From assembly GCA_024679065.1 (NCBI GenBank), contig JAGIQG010000010.1, positions 57,722,001 to 57,786,000 on the forward strand: a stretch of DNA of 64,000 bases, given 5' to 3'. Position 1 is the stretch's first letter; every line of letters begins with the position of its first letter. Both the position numbers and the translations under genes were made by a program. Positions 35,267-49,189 of this stretch are shown here, in pieces. The notes under the pieces are model-generated. The model saw only the letters and a program-made list of their open reading frames with translations, was not told the origin of the DNA and did no database searches. Source of the stretch: Sphyrna mokarran. Its lineage: Eukaryota.

Positions 35267-38200
35267 GCTTTTATACTATAGAACCCACAGTGTCGCTCAC
35301 TAAAATAACATATTCTATTTTCACAAACTAACTGTATTATGTATTTAATTAAGCAAGCTTAAATGGAAAGCCCCAAACAGTTTGTTGTATAGTTATTTGT
35401 TTTAAATATCTACCCAGTTGCCCTCCCACAATAACACTCTTCTAACCATTTCCTCTTTCCAGGCCAGTTACAGTTCCTGTCACCTCAGAATAATCATTAC
35501 GCTGAATTATTTTTTTTTAAAAATCCTGTATCTTCCAATAAAACTAGACTTAGAGCACTATTACATTTCCAATTTCAAGCCAACTATTAAATGTATGTTT
35601 ATTCTCAGTGTATTTCTGATGGTTAACACTGCTGACAATGTATGGCATAGTTTGCAATGTGTTCCTTTTATAATTTTCCCTCCATTTTTCATTGATATTA
35701 ATATCTGCACAAGTTCACTTACACCTAATACACTAATCATATGGCAACTGTGTATTGAGTTAATTTTGTTTTGTCTCCACCAAAGGAACAAAGGAATCCT
35801 GTTGGAAAATGAAATCATTGAACATCAATATTATTGTCCAATACTGAGAGAACTATGGATATCAAAGAAATAAGTTTACTTGGATCTGTAACTTCATTTA
35901 TGGAGTTCAGCATTAGCCCCACACAACTAGAGGCAATATGGTGTGCATAGGTTGGAGTGATGGGGGAGGTAGACGGGGGATGACGGAGGGTGGCTGTTGA
36001 TATGGAGACCTTGAAGTATTAAAAAAGGGGCTGAGTGTTTACCTCTCCACTCTCACACCAGTTGCAATTTTACTTCCCAGATTTCAGCAACTGTGTGGAT
36101 TCCTTACTGCGACAAGGCAAGAACTTCATTAACATTCAAACGTGGAGTTCTAATGGCATAAATCAGAACCCAATGGAAATATCTGACAGTTGCTGAATGC
36201 TAAATGTTCTCATCTCTTAACATCCCCAATCCTTTCAACGCTTGAGACATATCTTTCAGGTTCCTGGCAGTGGACTCCTGCCCACCTGAAATGCCATTCC
36301 TTTTATCCAATCCCTTACCATTCCCAACCAGGAAGTTAGCCCTGGAAATTGGTTAAGATAACGAGGTGACCGTGCAAGCCTGCCATTTGCCCTGCCCACA
36401 CTGCATCTTACTCGCTCCTGGAATTGAAAGTTGCACTCAATACATCATAGCATCATTCACTTGAATGTAACTTTATCCATTGTGGAGTTGTTCTTCAAAC
36501 CAAAACCTAAATTTATGATTGTGAAAAGATTCAACTGACACTGTTGTCAAAATTCAATTTATCAACTTGCAGCAAATACCCTTAGGTCCAAAACCTTGAC
36601 ACCAACATGATATTTCTACCTGCATAAGAAAGCAGTACCATTTTATTATCTGTGTTCTCTGACAGTACATTTCTAATAACAGTCTGCCAGGATTTCACTT
36701 AGAAGACAGTTAAGTCTTGCTGCAACCATATAGCTTCAGTCCCTAGCCTAAATGTCACTACATTTTCATTAGTATCTGAAAATCTGTGTCTTTGGAAGCA
36801 TACAAAGGAATGTCTAATGCTGCAAACCTGATGGTGCAGTGCATTGTTATACTACGGCAGTGTGAAATGGATTGTTGGAACTTGCCATTCACGTTTCACT
36901 GCATGATCTTTTTTTTCCAATCTCAATCAGCTGGTCCGGTGGGTGCGGAGTAAATATACTCCACGTAACAAGAGTGGAAGGTAAAGGGCAGTACGAGAAG
37001 GTACCTGAGTCTGAGTAACATATCACACACAGCAGTTTATACGATGGAGGTGTAGAAGCAGGATTCCTCTCTGCATTCTGAGTTGAAGAATGGTGCTGTA
37101 GAAAAATGTAAAGGTGAAGAGAAGAATACCTTTTTTTTGTTTCTGGTGAGTGAGGTCACACTCTATAGCTCAATGGTGCTGCTTTGAACCAGAACACACA
37201 AGTTAACAATTTTGATTCCACATCTCAATTAAGTTTAATGTCAATCGAGCCAATAATGAGGTCATTATTGAACCACATAACACCAATAAACTGAGAAGGA
37301 AAAATACCAACCTGGATTCATGCACCTGATCATTAATCAAGTGACCCTTTCTGGGAAGTGCACTTCTGCTGGCAGAATGATGTCCCTTAATGATGCACTC
37401 TTTGTTAGTAGTAATTAACTAAGCTCAGACAAAATGAATAGCATTTCAGAAAGGTATCAGAGGAAAGGGCTGCAGGTGCCTGTGGCATGATTCCCATCAT
37501 GAGTCACCAACAGGGTATTTATTACTTTAATAACTAGTTATGGAAAAGAGAGATGACTGAGTCTGCAATATGGTGAATATTGCTTTTGGAATAGCTTGCC
37601 GATCATAACTGTCTAATTATATGTGACGATTGGCTTGTTTTGTTCGTTATCCTTTTTTGTGTCAATAAAAATTATTTTTTCTTAGGAAAACAACAAGGAA
37701 AAAGAAAGTCACAATGATGTCACATGCAAATAATCTAACAAGGCATTCAGATGTGATTTCTATGCTTGTGAAGAACAGTTAGAAATCTCCACAATATTTA
37801 GTTAAAAGATTACTGGTAGAGATCCTTTCATCTGAATGGTACCAATGCATTTCATTAGCCCTTCTGCAAGTCTTCCAACTCCAAATTTCCCCAAGGATCA
37901 ATTATTTTGTTGAAATGTTGTATCTTTTTGCAGCTAATCCCATCTGATATGACACACTATTTATTTCAAGAAATCAAACCTTATGACATTGTTTCTTCTA
38001 ATGAAACATTCGTGCTGTGATATAGTATTTTGGCAATCTTATTGACAGAAAAATGATGTTACAGGATTGCATGTGCTTGTATGTGCTACTAAAATTTATC
38101 AGAGGTGAAAATCAGTAGGACTGCATCTCAGTAGAAGTATTGTAGTTGGTAAATTGAAGCGGGAACTATGGCCTTCAAAGTAGACTGCATACTGTGCTGA

Positions 38201-38815
38201 AGGTGTGTTGAGTTTTTGAAGGGAACGCAGAGGCCAATTTACCACTAGACCAAGTAATAAACCCAGGAATTTGGTGAGAGAGGAAGTTTGGCACAGTGCG
38301 GGAAGAAGTATAGTACTGGTCTCTTACAAAGAATGATACAATCTGCAGAGCAATCTTTTACTGTAATTCTGAAGCAAGCAATGCCTTTTCAGTGGTGAAA
38401 CCTGCCAGCAGCTAATGATGCTAGAGCTAAGGATAAGCTATAAAATAGCCTTCTGGTCAATTAGGGAGAGATTCTGCCTCAAATCCATTTCCATTAATAT
38501 AAGATTTGAGACCACAAAGGTGGCACAGGTGTTTTCCAAATTAAAATTTCACTTGTAGGTATTTCACATTATATTAGCCTCACTTCATTCAGGTGTACAT
38601 CATCATTATTTGCTCAGATTAGCCTAGTCAAAGAGCTAAATGTGCGGGCATACCTCATGACTGGCACACATTGATGGTCGCAAGGGAGTTAAGGACATTT
38701 CCTTTATTGTGGAACCAACAATGTTGTGTTTTTCATTCACTTTTTATTGTATTTTCATGTTAGTGTCCAGTGCTGTACTCAACTTTCTGAGAACATTGCA
38801 GAATTTGCAGGCTTA

Positions 38816-39120
38816 GGTGGGGCAGCACATTGGTTAGCACTGCTGCCTTACAGCACCAGGGACTCGGGTTCGATTCCTGGTTTGGGTCACTGTCTATGTG
38901 GAATTTGCACATTCTCCCCATGACTGCATGGGTTTACTGTGGATGCTCTGGTTTCCTCCCACAATCCGAAAGATGTGCTGATTAGGTACATTGGCCATGC
39001 TAAATTCTCCCTCAGTGTACCCAAACTGGCACCAGAGTGTGGCAACTAGGGGATTTTCACAGTGATTTCATTGCAGTGTTAATGTAAGCCTATTTGTGAC
39101 GCTAATAAATAAGCTTAAAC
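38816..39120 (+). mobile_element. HE1-type SINE, alternative-tail subfamily
   Basis: Intact B-box GGGTTCGATTCC; same tail as 24310 and 28445. Confidence 0.9.
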
Positions 39121-39621
39121 ATAAAACTTTTCCTATGCATTGTAATGAATGTTGTCTGAGATTGTTCTCAAAAGAGATGACTGAAATGGTGCAGGTGAGC
39201 TCAAAGCCCTGGAAGAGCTCTGCCAGTCAATTCCCTGAGATAGAGTCACTTGTGGACAGTACTAGTACTTTTAGGCCTCTTATTTTCTTAGTTTGACTGA
39301 CTGGCAGCATGTCCTGTGCTCCCATCACACCCAGGATACCAAATCCTTCTTATTTCAATCCTCAATAGCCTCCTTCCTTGGATTCTAATTTCACTCCTTC
39401 ATGTTCCTGACCCCACACCAACATACCATCTCACCAATAACTCACCCTCGCTAGTCCTAGACCTCCATGCAAGTTGCCATTCTCCTGCTCCCCTCTTTTG
39501 TGTCACAGAGTTCAATAAAGAAAGTTGCTGACCTCAGACACAATTGCACAAAGCTGATTGGTGCATATTGCCTTTAAACAAACATGAACCAGCTGTGACA
39601 AGGTGGGGGCAGGGGGAAACG

Positions 39622-39748
39622 GGGGCAGGATTTCCAGGCTACACTTGCCCAAAACCAGAAAATCCCATCTGAGGTCAATGGACCTTTGCATGGTCCATTT
39701 CTTTCCCACTGTGATTCCCATGGAAGGTGGGATGGGAAACTCCCCCCT
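39622..39748. mobile_element. Harbinger-like MITE (1101 family)
   Basis: GGGGCAGGATTTCC..GAGGTCAATGGACCTTTGCATGG..GGGAAACTCCCCCC. Confidence 0.65.
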
Positions 39749-40296
39749 TCCCTCCCCTCCCCCCAAAATGTTTATGTGCCATTGACTTTACCTTGAAGGT
39801 AGAATTTTTTTTTTAAGTTTTACCCTAATGAGTATTCATGGCATGGAAGTGTATTGCAAATACAAATCCACCACATGCTTCTGAGGCCCGTCATACTACA
39901 AACACAAAGTTGACTTTTCCTCTGCATCTCAATCTTTTATTGGGAAATGATTCCTGGTTCTTGTGGGCTCCATTTTGTGTCTTCATCCTCATGGATTATT
40001 TTTGAACCAAGGGGCAATGGGCAGCAATGATGGCCCTTAATTGAGCCTCAAAGAGTGATTACTTCAGAAAATCCAGCCTCTAGTATTCCAGTGATGACAG
40101 TGGATTTATTAGGGGCAGAGTATGACATCCAGCTCTTTGATTTAGCACTGCAATACTGTCAGTAAGTTCCTTCTACTTTCCGAAGGAAAATCCTGAACTA
40201 GGGCACATATCAGTATGCAGAGCTCCGAGAAGATGATATCAATAAATAAGAAACATTTCTGGTATCATCAAATAGATGAAAGTAAAAATTTGACTA

Positions 40297-40617
40297 ATGG
40301 CACGGTGATTAGCATTGCTGCTTCACAGTGGCAGGAACCTAGATTCAATTCTGACTTGGGTAACTATCTGTGTGGAGTTTGCACATTCTCCCCATGTCTG
40401 TGTGGGTTTTCTTCAGGGATCTGGTTACTTCCCATAGTTGAAGAATGTGCGGGATTAGATGGATCGGCCATAATAAATTGTCCTTTAGTGTCCAAGTTTT
40501 GTAGGTAAAGTGGATGAGGGGTTATAGGGATTGGGCGGGTACGTCTGGCTAAGATGCTGAATCTGTGCAAACTCGATGGGCCAAATGGCCTCCTTCTGCA
40601 CTGTAGGGATTCTATGA
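40297..40617 (+). mobile_element. HE1-type SINE (CR1 tail)
   Basis: GGCACGGTGATTAGCATTGCTGC..GTGGAGTTTGCACATTCTCCCC..GATGGGCCAAATGGCCTCCTTCTGCACTGTAGGGATTCTATG. Confidence 0.9.
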
Positions 40618-40639
40618 AAATGCTTATATCATGGATACA

Positions 40640-41700
40640 TCTGCTGGCTCTCAGAATGAGCAAGTCACCTACGGTGCCATGCCTCCTGCCTTCTCCCCAT
40701 TGCTCTTCACATTCTTCATTTTCAGATAATAATTTATCTTTCACAAATGCCTCGATTTAACTAGCCTCCACCAATTCTCCAGCACTGTGCATTCCAGATC
40801 CTAACCATATACTGCAAAAACTTTTTCTCGTGGCACCACTGCTATTTTTGATAATCTTTGCCTCATTGTTCTCGATCCTGGGATAGGTCTTTCCCTATCT
40901 ATTCTGTCCAGACCCCTCATGGTTTTGAATATCTCTATCAAATCTTCTCTCAACCTTCTCTTTGCGAAGGAAAACAGTCCCAACTTCCCCAATCTATTTA
41001 CATAACTAAAGTTCCTCATCTCTGGAAGCATTCTCATTAATATTTTCTACACCTCTGTAGTGTGTTTCCAAAATGTGGCACACAAAAATGAATGCAATAT
41101 TCCATTTAAAGCCAAACCACTGTCTGATTCAAGTTTAACATAACTTCCTTGCTTTTGAACTCTTGTCCCCATTAATAAAACCTTGAATGCCAAATGCTTT
41201 ATTACCACTCTTACAATCTGCCCCAGTGATTTAGACACATATACAGCCAGGTCTATCTGCTCCTGCATGTCATTTAGAATTGTGGCCTTTGTTTTATGTT
41301 ACTGCTCCACATTCTTTCTCCCAAAATGAATCATTTCACACAGCTTGCATTAAATTTTATCTATCACTTCTGTGTCCATTCCACCAACCTGTCCATGTCT
41401 TAATGAGGTCCTGCACTATCCTCCTCACAGTTAACCATCCTTCCACATTTTGTATCAACCACAAATTTGAAATTGTGTCCTGTACATCATGGCTTAGATC
41501 ATTAATATATCTCAGGGACAACAAGGGTCCAAAGCGACCTCTGGGATACTCCAATACAAACATTTCTGTTGTCCAACAGACATCAGTTTACCATTACTCT
41601 CCTGCCTGTCAGCCAATTTAATATTCATATTGCTATGGCCCCTTTTATTCCATGAGTTCTAACTTTGCTCAGAACCCTTTTGTGTCTCTACTCTGTAAAG
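40640..41700 (-). mobile_element. CR1 LINE 3' portion
   Basis: Minus ORFs: GPLL..YINDL (41357-41563); RMLPEMRNFSY.NRL.KLGLFS..KRRLREDLIEIFK.M.G.DR (40801-41037). Confidence 0.9.
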
Positions 41701-42584
41701 ATCAATATTTTCAAAATTAAATCCTCATGACTTGCCATTAGGAGTACATTACTTTGCCAAACGCTAAAAAGATGTAGCTTTTTAATTTCAGACGTAACCC
41801 CTATATTGAAAGAGATTTCATGATCATTTCCACTTCTTGACCAGTTTGTAAAAAAAAACAAAGAACAGAAGCAAATGAGGCTACTGATTCTGTGCGCAAG
41901 CTGAGCATTGGGGTTGTATTGTGTGCTTCACCCAAAACCCACATCCAATCCCTGCAATTATGAAAGTAAATGCACAATTTATAGAACATTCTTCAAGCTA
42001 CTCATGAATATTTTAGTGCGAAACAGATGGTGGTGTTCTTCTTTACGACCCATTGAAGAAAATGGAGAATTCTAATTCATGTAATCAATTTTGGCTGCGG
42101 TGCAAATTTGCAGTGGTAGCTTTTGAAGGGTTAATCTTCGAGAGGTTTGCTGACTTTATTTGCAATTCAGTTGGACCATCATAAGATATATGATTGCTGT
42201 AACCCTAAATGTAATAACCTAAATTCCTAGAGGAATGGATTAACACAGAGCTGATATAATTTAGCAGCTGAATCTACTATTTTTCTGAATTGCTGACACA
42301 AAACAGTACAATATGAAATGTTGATCTTCCCATAAAAAGCCAAATCCCTGTGTGAAAATAACTGCAAAACAATGGCTGGAAGTTCGCTGGCACGCCCATC
42401 CCGATTCTGGGGAGCAGGCGAGGCTAGGGGAACGGCATTCTCCGTTAGCCACGGGCAGGATCATATGAACCTCGGGTGGGCGTGTTGGTAAAATTCTGAT
42501 TGAAGTGTTGATAATTTGGTGATTGAAAACTTTTTTATCACAGATACAACCAAGAATTCTGTAAGCAATTCAAGAAAAGGTTAG

Positions 42585-43208
42585 TTTGTCAGGGCTGAAA
42601 GCAAGGCAGTAGTGGAGGCGAAGAGAATAGAAAGTCAGAGGCCAAGACTCGGAAATGCTCACTGCTGTCACACAAATGAGTTAATGGATTGAGTCGGCAT
42701 TCATTGTGTTAATAACACTCACTAAGGAAAGCAGTTATACATTATTAGAAAAATCTGTCTCAAACCTATTGCATTCATTTTGGAGTTTTGTTAAAAACAT
42801 TGTTTGCTGGACCAACTATAGTAATCAGTACTGGCTTACTTTGTCAACATTTTCAAGTTTTGTTTATTTAAGACAAGGAGAAATTTTGCTGTACTGCACA
42901 TAGTGGACAAGTTAAATGTTAATGGAGTGAAAGAAAATGTTCTAATATCCAGTCAGAAAATACTGGAGGAGTTACATTATAGTCACACCATTAAATATTA
43001 CGGAAAAGTGGATTTTGGAAAATATAGCAGAAAAGAGAAAACTGTAAATATATACAAGGTCCATTAGCTATTGTGAAGAAAGTTGATTTTTCCTTTGTCA
43101 GGGCTGAAAGCAAGGAAGTACTGGAGGAGGAGAGAATAGAAAGTTAGAGGCCAAGAGTCGGAAATGCTCACTTCTGTCACACAAATGAGTTAATGGATTG
43201 AGTAGGCA
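42585..43208 (+). repeat. 115-bp dispersed direct repeat (42585-42699 and 43094-43208)
   Basis: Two ungapped copies, 8 mismatches by manual count. Confidence 0.9.
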
Positions 43209-45094
43209 GCGAACCAATGTCTTAAAAGAGATGGGAAGACATTGTCATGGAGTCTATGCGTCTTCCATAGACCCTCTCAGCTCAGTAACAACAGATATTC
43301 CAGCAATTAGTCTGAGTAGTTTACATTTATGGGAGTTGGCCGATTCTGTCCTATATCCCTTTGTGGTCTGAACCAATTATCCATACATTTAGAATGCATA
43401 CTTCTTCAATATTTTTGATTTTAACTTGAATTAACATAAGATGAGGTAAGGTTTGATGCATATCACTAGTGATACAATGCAAATATCTTAAAATCACAGA
43501 AGTTGTTGTCTATTGATAATTTTGTGTTGCAATGAGAAGCTAGTTAAGTATAAACAACTAATTACATTAATATATGATACTGCAGCTATTACTACTGTTC
43601 AGAAGTTATTTGCTAGTTACAGTTTAAAATGGAAGTTAGCTATAATATCTGTCTATTGTTCTCAGAGATCCCTAATTTAGTGGTGCGTAACTGAGATCAA
43701 CCCCTCTGCAATTTGTGTTACAACCCAGGCAGGACCTACCTCCCTTGTTGTGCACTTCTTTCTGAACTTCACGCCTATCTCCAGTTTCAGCTTTTAGCGA
43801 GCATGCTCTCCACATACCACTCCGCTGAGGGAAATCCGTTGGACTAATGTGTTAATGACCCTGCTGAGTCATTAGTTAAAAGGATGGTGCAGTAGCCATG
43901 AATGTGGACAGCTGCTTGAAAATCAAATTATCTTTTATTGTTTAAAGGACATTACTTCAGACACTTCATCTGAAACATAAACACCTCTCAGCCTGACCAT
44001 CCTGTTAATATAGTCCCTTTAGAACGACAATCAGTGCCACAGTAGCATTTGTAACCTAAATTAGGACAAGGCTTTTCCACTGTGTGGGAGCCTAGTCTGA
44101 AATTTCAAAACATGACTGAAATTGATACTGCAGAATGATATTTAAAGATTTATCTCTGTGACGCAGGGCAAAGATGATAACAGAGCAAAGCCATGGGAGA
44201 GGCATACTTGAAATCCTTAAGAAGATGTAATAAATAAACATAGCACACAAATGCTGAAAATGTGCAATGAAAAGAGAAAATGCTATAATTACATGGGAAT
44301 TCTGCCAGTAACCAAAAGAGTCATATTTGTGAGTTGTCAACTCTGCATCCTTGAATAGTGTTCAAAGCTTTCTCCTGGACATTCTGCAGTACACCAAACC
44401 AGAAACTGGCCATAACAGCACCAGACTATAGACATCTCCCTCATTCTCTTTTCAAACAAAAGTTCTGGGGATACATTAAAAGACAATGAACATCTGGGGA
44501 GATGAGTGCTCTATTTTTACAGCTGGTTTTATGTTTTTCATTACTTCAAATATTTATGGCTGATGTGTTTCACTGTACTATATTGTGTAAACCTCAGCTC
44601 CCAATATATTCACTTGCCTTAGTGTAAAGCTAGCATTTATAACATAGTCAGTTGCCAAAGAATCCTTTTCAGATCACACCAATCCTTTGTGTAATGATAT
44701 TCTTTCACAAGATCCTTCTTGTCAACGAATGCAGTGGGAAAACATTACCGCTGACCTTCATTTTAAGTTTTAAGTGGCAAAAAACTTCTAAACAATAATA
44801 GCTGTAATATCATACATTTGTGTAATCAGTTGTTTACCCCTAACGAGTTTCTTATTGCAATACAAAATTAGGCATAATTCACAACTTTGTGTGCTTTTAA
44901 TATCTTTGCACTGTCTCAGAGATTTTTGCATAGTTATCACATAGAGGAATAGAGAAAGAGAGGATTCAGCCCCTTGTATTTGAACCTGCTTTTGGGAAGA
45001 GCAATCCGAAACTAACTGCCTTGTTCACTCTCCAAAGGCCTGGATCATTTTCTACTTCAAATATTTATCCATGTTCTCTTTAAAAGGTCCAAGA

Positions 45095-46730
45095 TAGCAA
45101 CCTGGAAATGTGCACAGGGATCACAATGTGTACCTAATGATTGCGATGTAGGCAGACAACTTTGTGCAGTTTGCCTATTTCAGTGGTTTCTGCATCAGCC
45201 GTCACTAACTGCATTGTTTGGACATATCAGCAGGGTGTCAATTTTATGAGTGGCTAAAACCATCCAGGATTGAGGCTGGGGCAGATGTTTGTAACCGTTT
45301 AGGAGGTGACACTGACCTGGGAAACATTAAAGAATGGCACAACCTGGGAGACAGTGAGCTTCAGACATGACGCTGGAGGCTTTGGTGGAAGAGGTGGAAA
45401 GGAGAAGAGGTATCCTCAATCACAAGTGACCAAGAGATCTTCCAAACACAAACGCAGAAAGCAAGATAAATTAGCATGGAAATCAATCACAGGTATCAAA
45501 TCTTGAGGATCTGGATGAAATACTTCATGAAGTTCAGTGGCCTCACTGTTATGTGTTAATATTGATTTTTGTGGTTGCTCTAAGTACTGTGTATTAATAT
45601 ATTCAGGTATTCACCGGAAATGGCATCATAGGTCACTAGTGTAGGGAAACTGCCAGAGAAAAGAAGCAGCTATGTAGTTAATACTGCCCTGCAAATAAAG
45701 TTCTGTTATTTTTCATCCTCCAAGCTTCCTAGCATCAATTCTTCAATATACGACACTTATATACGTAGTAAGGGAATATATCTTCAGATCCCACATCCTC
45801 CCAGCTGTACTGTAAGTCTCGGATGCTGCTCAATGCAGCAGACTCCATTATTCACCTACCAGCATTCACTGTCTGAATTAGATCTGACATTTAAATACTT
45901 CACTACACCTTCACACACTTAACACTGTAAGTGTTGAGCTCACACCCACAGCTCCAGATTGCACCCGTGCACAGGATGTCACAGCAGTCCAGCAATCTGT
46001 TCTCTGACAAATTACTAGGACTGCTGAAGTGTCCCGTCAGTGAATCTGTGGAGTACGAGCCTATTAATCTGACGTGAGGACTATAGTGCCATGCCTGCAT
46101 TCTGCCTGTACTCTTGCTGTCACCAGACAACTGATCAATCCACATCATGTATGTCCATGCAAGGTAGTATAGTCTGCAGTTTGGGCATGCCATGGCAAAA
46201 GCTACTCAATGTCACCATTCAAAACCATTCAAAAAGGATATGGCAACAAAAATCTCTGTTGATCTTAGGTGGGGATGCCATGGTCTGGGGGTGGGGATGG
46301 GGGCGGTGTGGAAACAAGGCTATCAGTGTTTGTCACCCAGTAGCCATCCTTTGGTTTGCTCTTTTGGTTCAAATGCAGCTGACACAATAGACCACCACAG
46401 AATGAAAACATCATGACTGCCACTTTAATCTAAATAAGATGAATAATGGCTGCACACCAGCTTATGTGCATGCAGTCAATGGCACTTTGTCTTCCAATCT
46501 GGACAAAGCTGTTTTCTCACTCTTTCTGCTTGTCTCTGGCAAGACTGGTTATAACACATTGAGCTGTCCATTGAAATAAAGGGCATCAGAGGGCATTCTC
46601 TGATAGAACAGTGGATGGTGATAAGATTTCTCCACTCTCAATCTGGAAGAAGCCAAACGTATAAAAGTTCACAACCAGCATCAATTTTATAGCGGCTGGT
46701 TTTCATTGTGTGCGTGCTGTGGTTTCACCT
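45095..46730 (+). mobile_element. Decayed Harbinger element with Myb/SANT-like gene remnant
   Basis: 45333-45546 translates (with frameshifts) to MAQPGRQ..SDMTLEALVEEVERRRGIL...RIWMKYFMKFSGLT, matching the Harbinger Myb/SANT pattern; outer limits approximate. Confidence 0.7.
45547..45755 (+). mobile_element. Probable short solo LTR inserted at the end of the Myb-like exon
   Basis: TGTT...GACA termini, AATAAA at ~45695, degenerate 5-bp TSD CTCAC / CTTAT. Confidence 0.5.
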
Positions 46731-47224
46731 TTCTCATAAAATTTTAAACCAATTTCTAATGAGTCCATGTATCACAGAGAAGATGTCCAACTGGACACAC
46801 TATCAGTGGGGAATACAGGATGGTGATCAGGAGGGCTATGGTTCGTATTTCCCTCGAGCTTTCCTGAACTCTCGGATATTGAAGCCAGATATTGGTCAAG
46901 AGAATTGATTATACAGTGTTCCAGTGAGATTTGTGTCCTTGGTTGTCACTGATTTTATAATGTGAATGATAATTATCTTGCTTTTGAACAGAAATCTATC
47001 ATTTTCCAGATTGTTGTGCAGTGGGGTGATGGAGAGGTGATGGTGTGTGTGCCAAAAATAAAACCATATGACAAGTTAATATGTCTAAAGCTTTTGATTC
47101 CTTGCATCCATTCTGAGGAAACAGACAGAACTGAAGGTAAGTTCCAGGCTCATCTCCGGGAATATTATTTTCTACACATCAGAACAAACTGCTTGCTCTC
47201 GGGTGATTGTGTCGGTTTGAATTA

Positions 47225-47360
47225 ATCTGTGGCTGTTAGAAGGTGTGGGCTCAATCCCCAATCTGGGACTTGAACACATAATTTCGACTGACATTCCAGT
47301 GCTGGACTGCTACAATTGTTTATCACCAGATGTGTCATTCTTTGGCTCCCTGTTTTAATG
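47225..47360 (+). mobile_element. Deu-domain SINE 5' fragment
   Basis: AGAAGGTGTGGGCTCAATCCCC..GACTTGAACACATAAT..CTGACATTCCAGTGC resembles the SacSINE1 head. Confidence 0.5.
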
Positions 47361-47437
47361 GCTCGACTAACAGCGTATCTTTGCACAGCGTCCCTAACAC
47401 ACAGACATGTTGGAAGTATGTGGGAAGAAAATACACA

Positions 47438-47600
47438 AGATATGCAGGCAAGGTGGAATGGCTATGCTAAATTGTCCCTCAGTGTCAGGGGGATTAGCAG
47501 AGTAAATACTTGGATTATGGAGATAAAACCTGTGTGGCATTGTTGTTGATGTAGGCTCAGTGGGCTAACTGGCCTCTTTCTGCACTGTAGCGATTCAATG
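47438..47600 (+). mobile_element. 5'-truncated HE1 SINE
   Basis: GGCTATGCTAAATTGTCCCTCAGTGTCAGGGGGATTAGCAG..TCTGCACTGTAG. Confidence 0.8.
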
Positions 47601-47922
47601 AGCCTACTGATGGAAATGTTTAGAATTAATTGGAAATTTAGGTAAAAAATGGATTTTAAGAAGCTTTAACCATGGAGGAATTTGAAGATGAAGGCAAGGA
47701 TCTTAAAATCAATTCATGATCCCAAAGCATTACTTGAAGAAGTGGAAGGAAGCCTCCCAGTGTGAGGGAAATGTCTTCCCTTCTTTATTAGCATTAAAAG
47801 CAAATCCGTGGTGATTCATTTAATTGTTGTTTGGTGATTTTGATGTACATTAAATGGCTGCAGCATTTATTGATAAAAATAGCAACTGCATTGCAAAGGA
47901 ATCCTTTGAATATGGAACATCT

Positions 47923-48045
47923 TGGGTGGGACTTTATGGCCTCGCTCATCCTGAAACTGTAAAACCTCGCCTGAGGTCAATGGACCTTTCCATGCTCCAC
48001 CCCTCGCCAGCTCCGATTCTTACGGCAAGCAGGATAATAAAATTG
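47923..48045. mobile_element. Harbinger-like MITE (1101 family)
   Basis: GGGTGGGACTTTA..GAGGTCAATGGACCTTTCCATG..TAAAATTG. Confidence 0.6.
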
Positions 48046-48524
48046 TGGTGTTTAAGTAATTTCTGTGATGTAATAAAAAATGAATCTTTCTACAGCAATG
48101 AAAAAGCTATTGTCATTGCTTATTGTTAAAAATGAATTCTGTGTTCCACTTTGCAGGGTATTTTGTATTTATTTTTGTCCAAAATGCTGTTATTTTTCTC
48201 TGGTGAAAGCTCAACAGTTTCCTTAGCACAACTATTTGCGGGAAATGTTTTCTTTGGGTCCTGTTAAATTAACGTTTAATGATTTAATGCAATGTTTTAT
48301 TTACTTCCAAGCAACAACTGAAAATTCCATAACCCACAATGGAGAATAGTGTGGTCAGCCTAGGGGTAGGGCAGAGTAACTGCAGCAGAGCAAATTAGTA
48401 GAAAGTCATGAAGCAGAAATCACTAAAGATGTGAAGTGACAGTTATACAATAAAATCGCTTTTGTGCCCTGCAGTTTTAACCTTTTTGCCTTTCACATAT
48501 CCTGCCCAGTCTCGGGATCAGGAA

Positions 48525-48715
48525 TCAATCACTGATAACTGAGATGAGAAAAAATTTCTGCATTCAAAGGATGGTGAATCTTTGAAATTCTTTTGGAGGG
48601 TTGTGGATGCAAAATGGAATGAAAACCCAAGATCAGCCATGGTCATACTGAATGGTGGAGCAAGCTCAATGGACCTAGTGGTCTCCACCAGCCCCTATTT
48701 TCTATTGTTCTTACA
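48525..48715 (+). mobile_element. CR1 3' fragment
   Basis: ACTGAGATGAGAAAAAATTTC..GGTGAATCTTTGAAATTC..TGAATGGTGGAGCAAGCTC. Confidence 0.75.
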
Positions 48716-49189
48716 TTTGATCCAAGCTATTAGGGGAGAAAATGAAATGAAAGCACCCATTGACCCTGTCAGATACGGTGTATAAAATCTTTCTCATCTT
48801 GTATACCAAGTAATTTGATTTTTAATGCATTTTTCAAAATTTATTATGGAACCAGTAATTGTCTGTGTCAATGTCGCTATATTTGTAATGTATTGGTAGT
48901 CTTTCCTGCACGCCTTATTATACAGCTTCAGCACGTGAAGACTTCAAAAGGGTAATCAAATCGGAATAGCAGCAATTGGCCTCCTTCAAAATATAGCCAA
49001 AGACTTTTTGTCTATTTTTTTCATCAATATGGCTCAACGTGAGTATAGATTTGGAGAACTCTTAATGTGATACTGACAAGGATTGTGATGATAATACTAA
49101 ATGTAAGTGAATTAGTTCATAGTTCCCTCAGAATAATGCTTCACACGGATTTTGGCATCAATCAAGTGTTTATTTATTATTTAAAAAAT

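Noticed and set aside
35418-35873. 151-aa ORF (and similar AT-rich ORFs at 18003-18431 and 28722-29153)
   Set aside because: Ile/Phe/Leu-rich composition expected from AT-rich non-coding DNA; no motifs
36830-36905. Imperfect hairpin containing GGCAGTGT / CAGTGCATTGTTA (miR-34/449 or miR-130-like seeds)
   Set aside because: Similarity stops after the seed region and the stem is too irregular for a confident pre-miRNA
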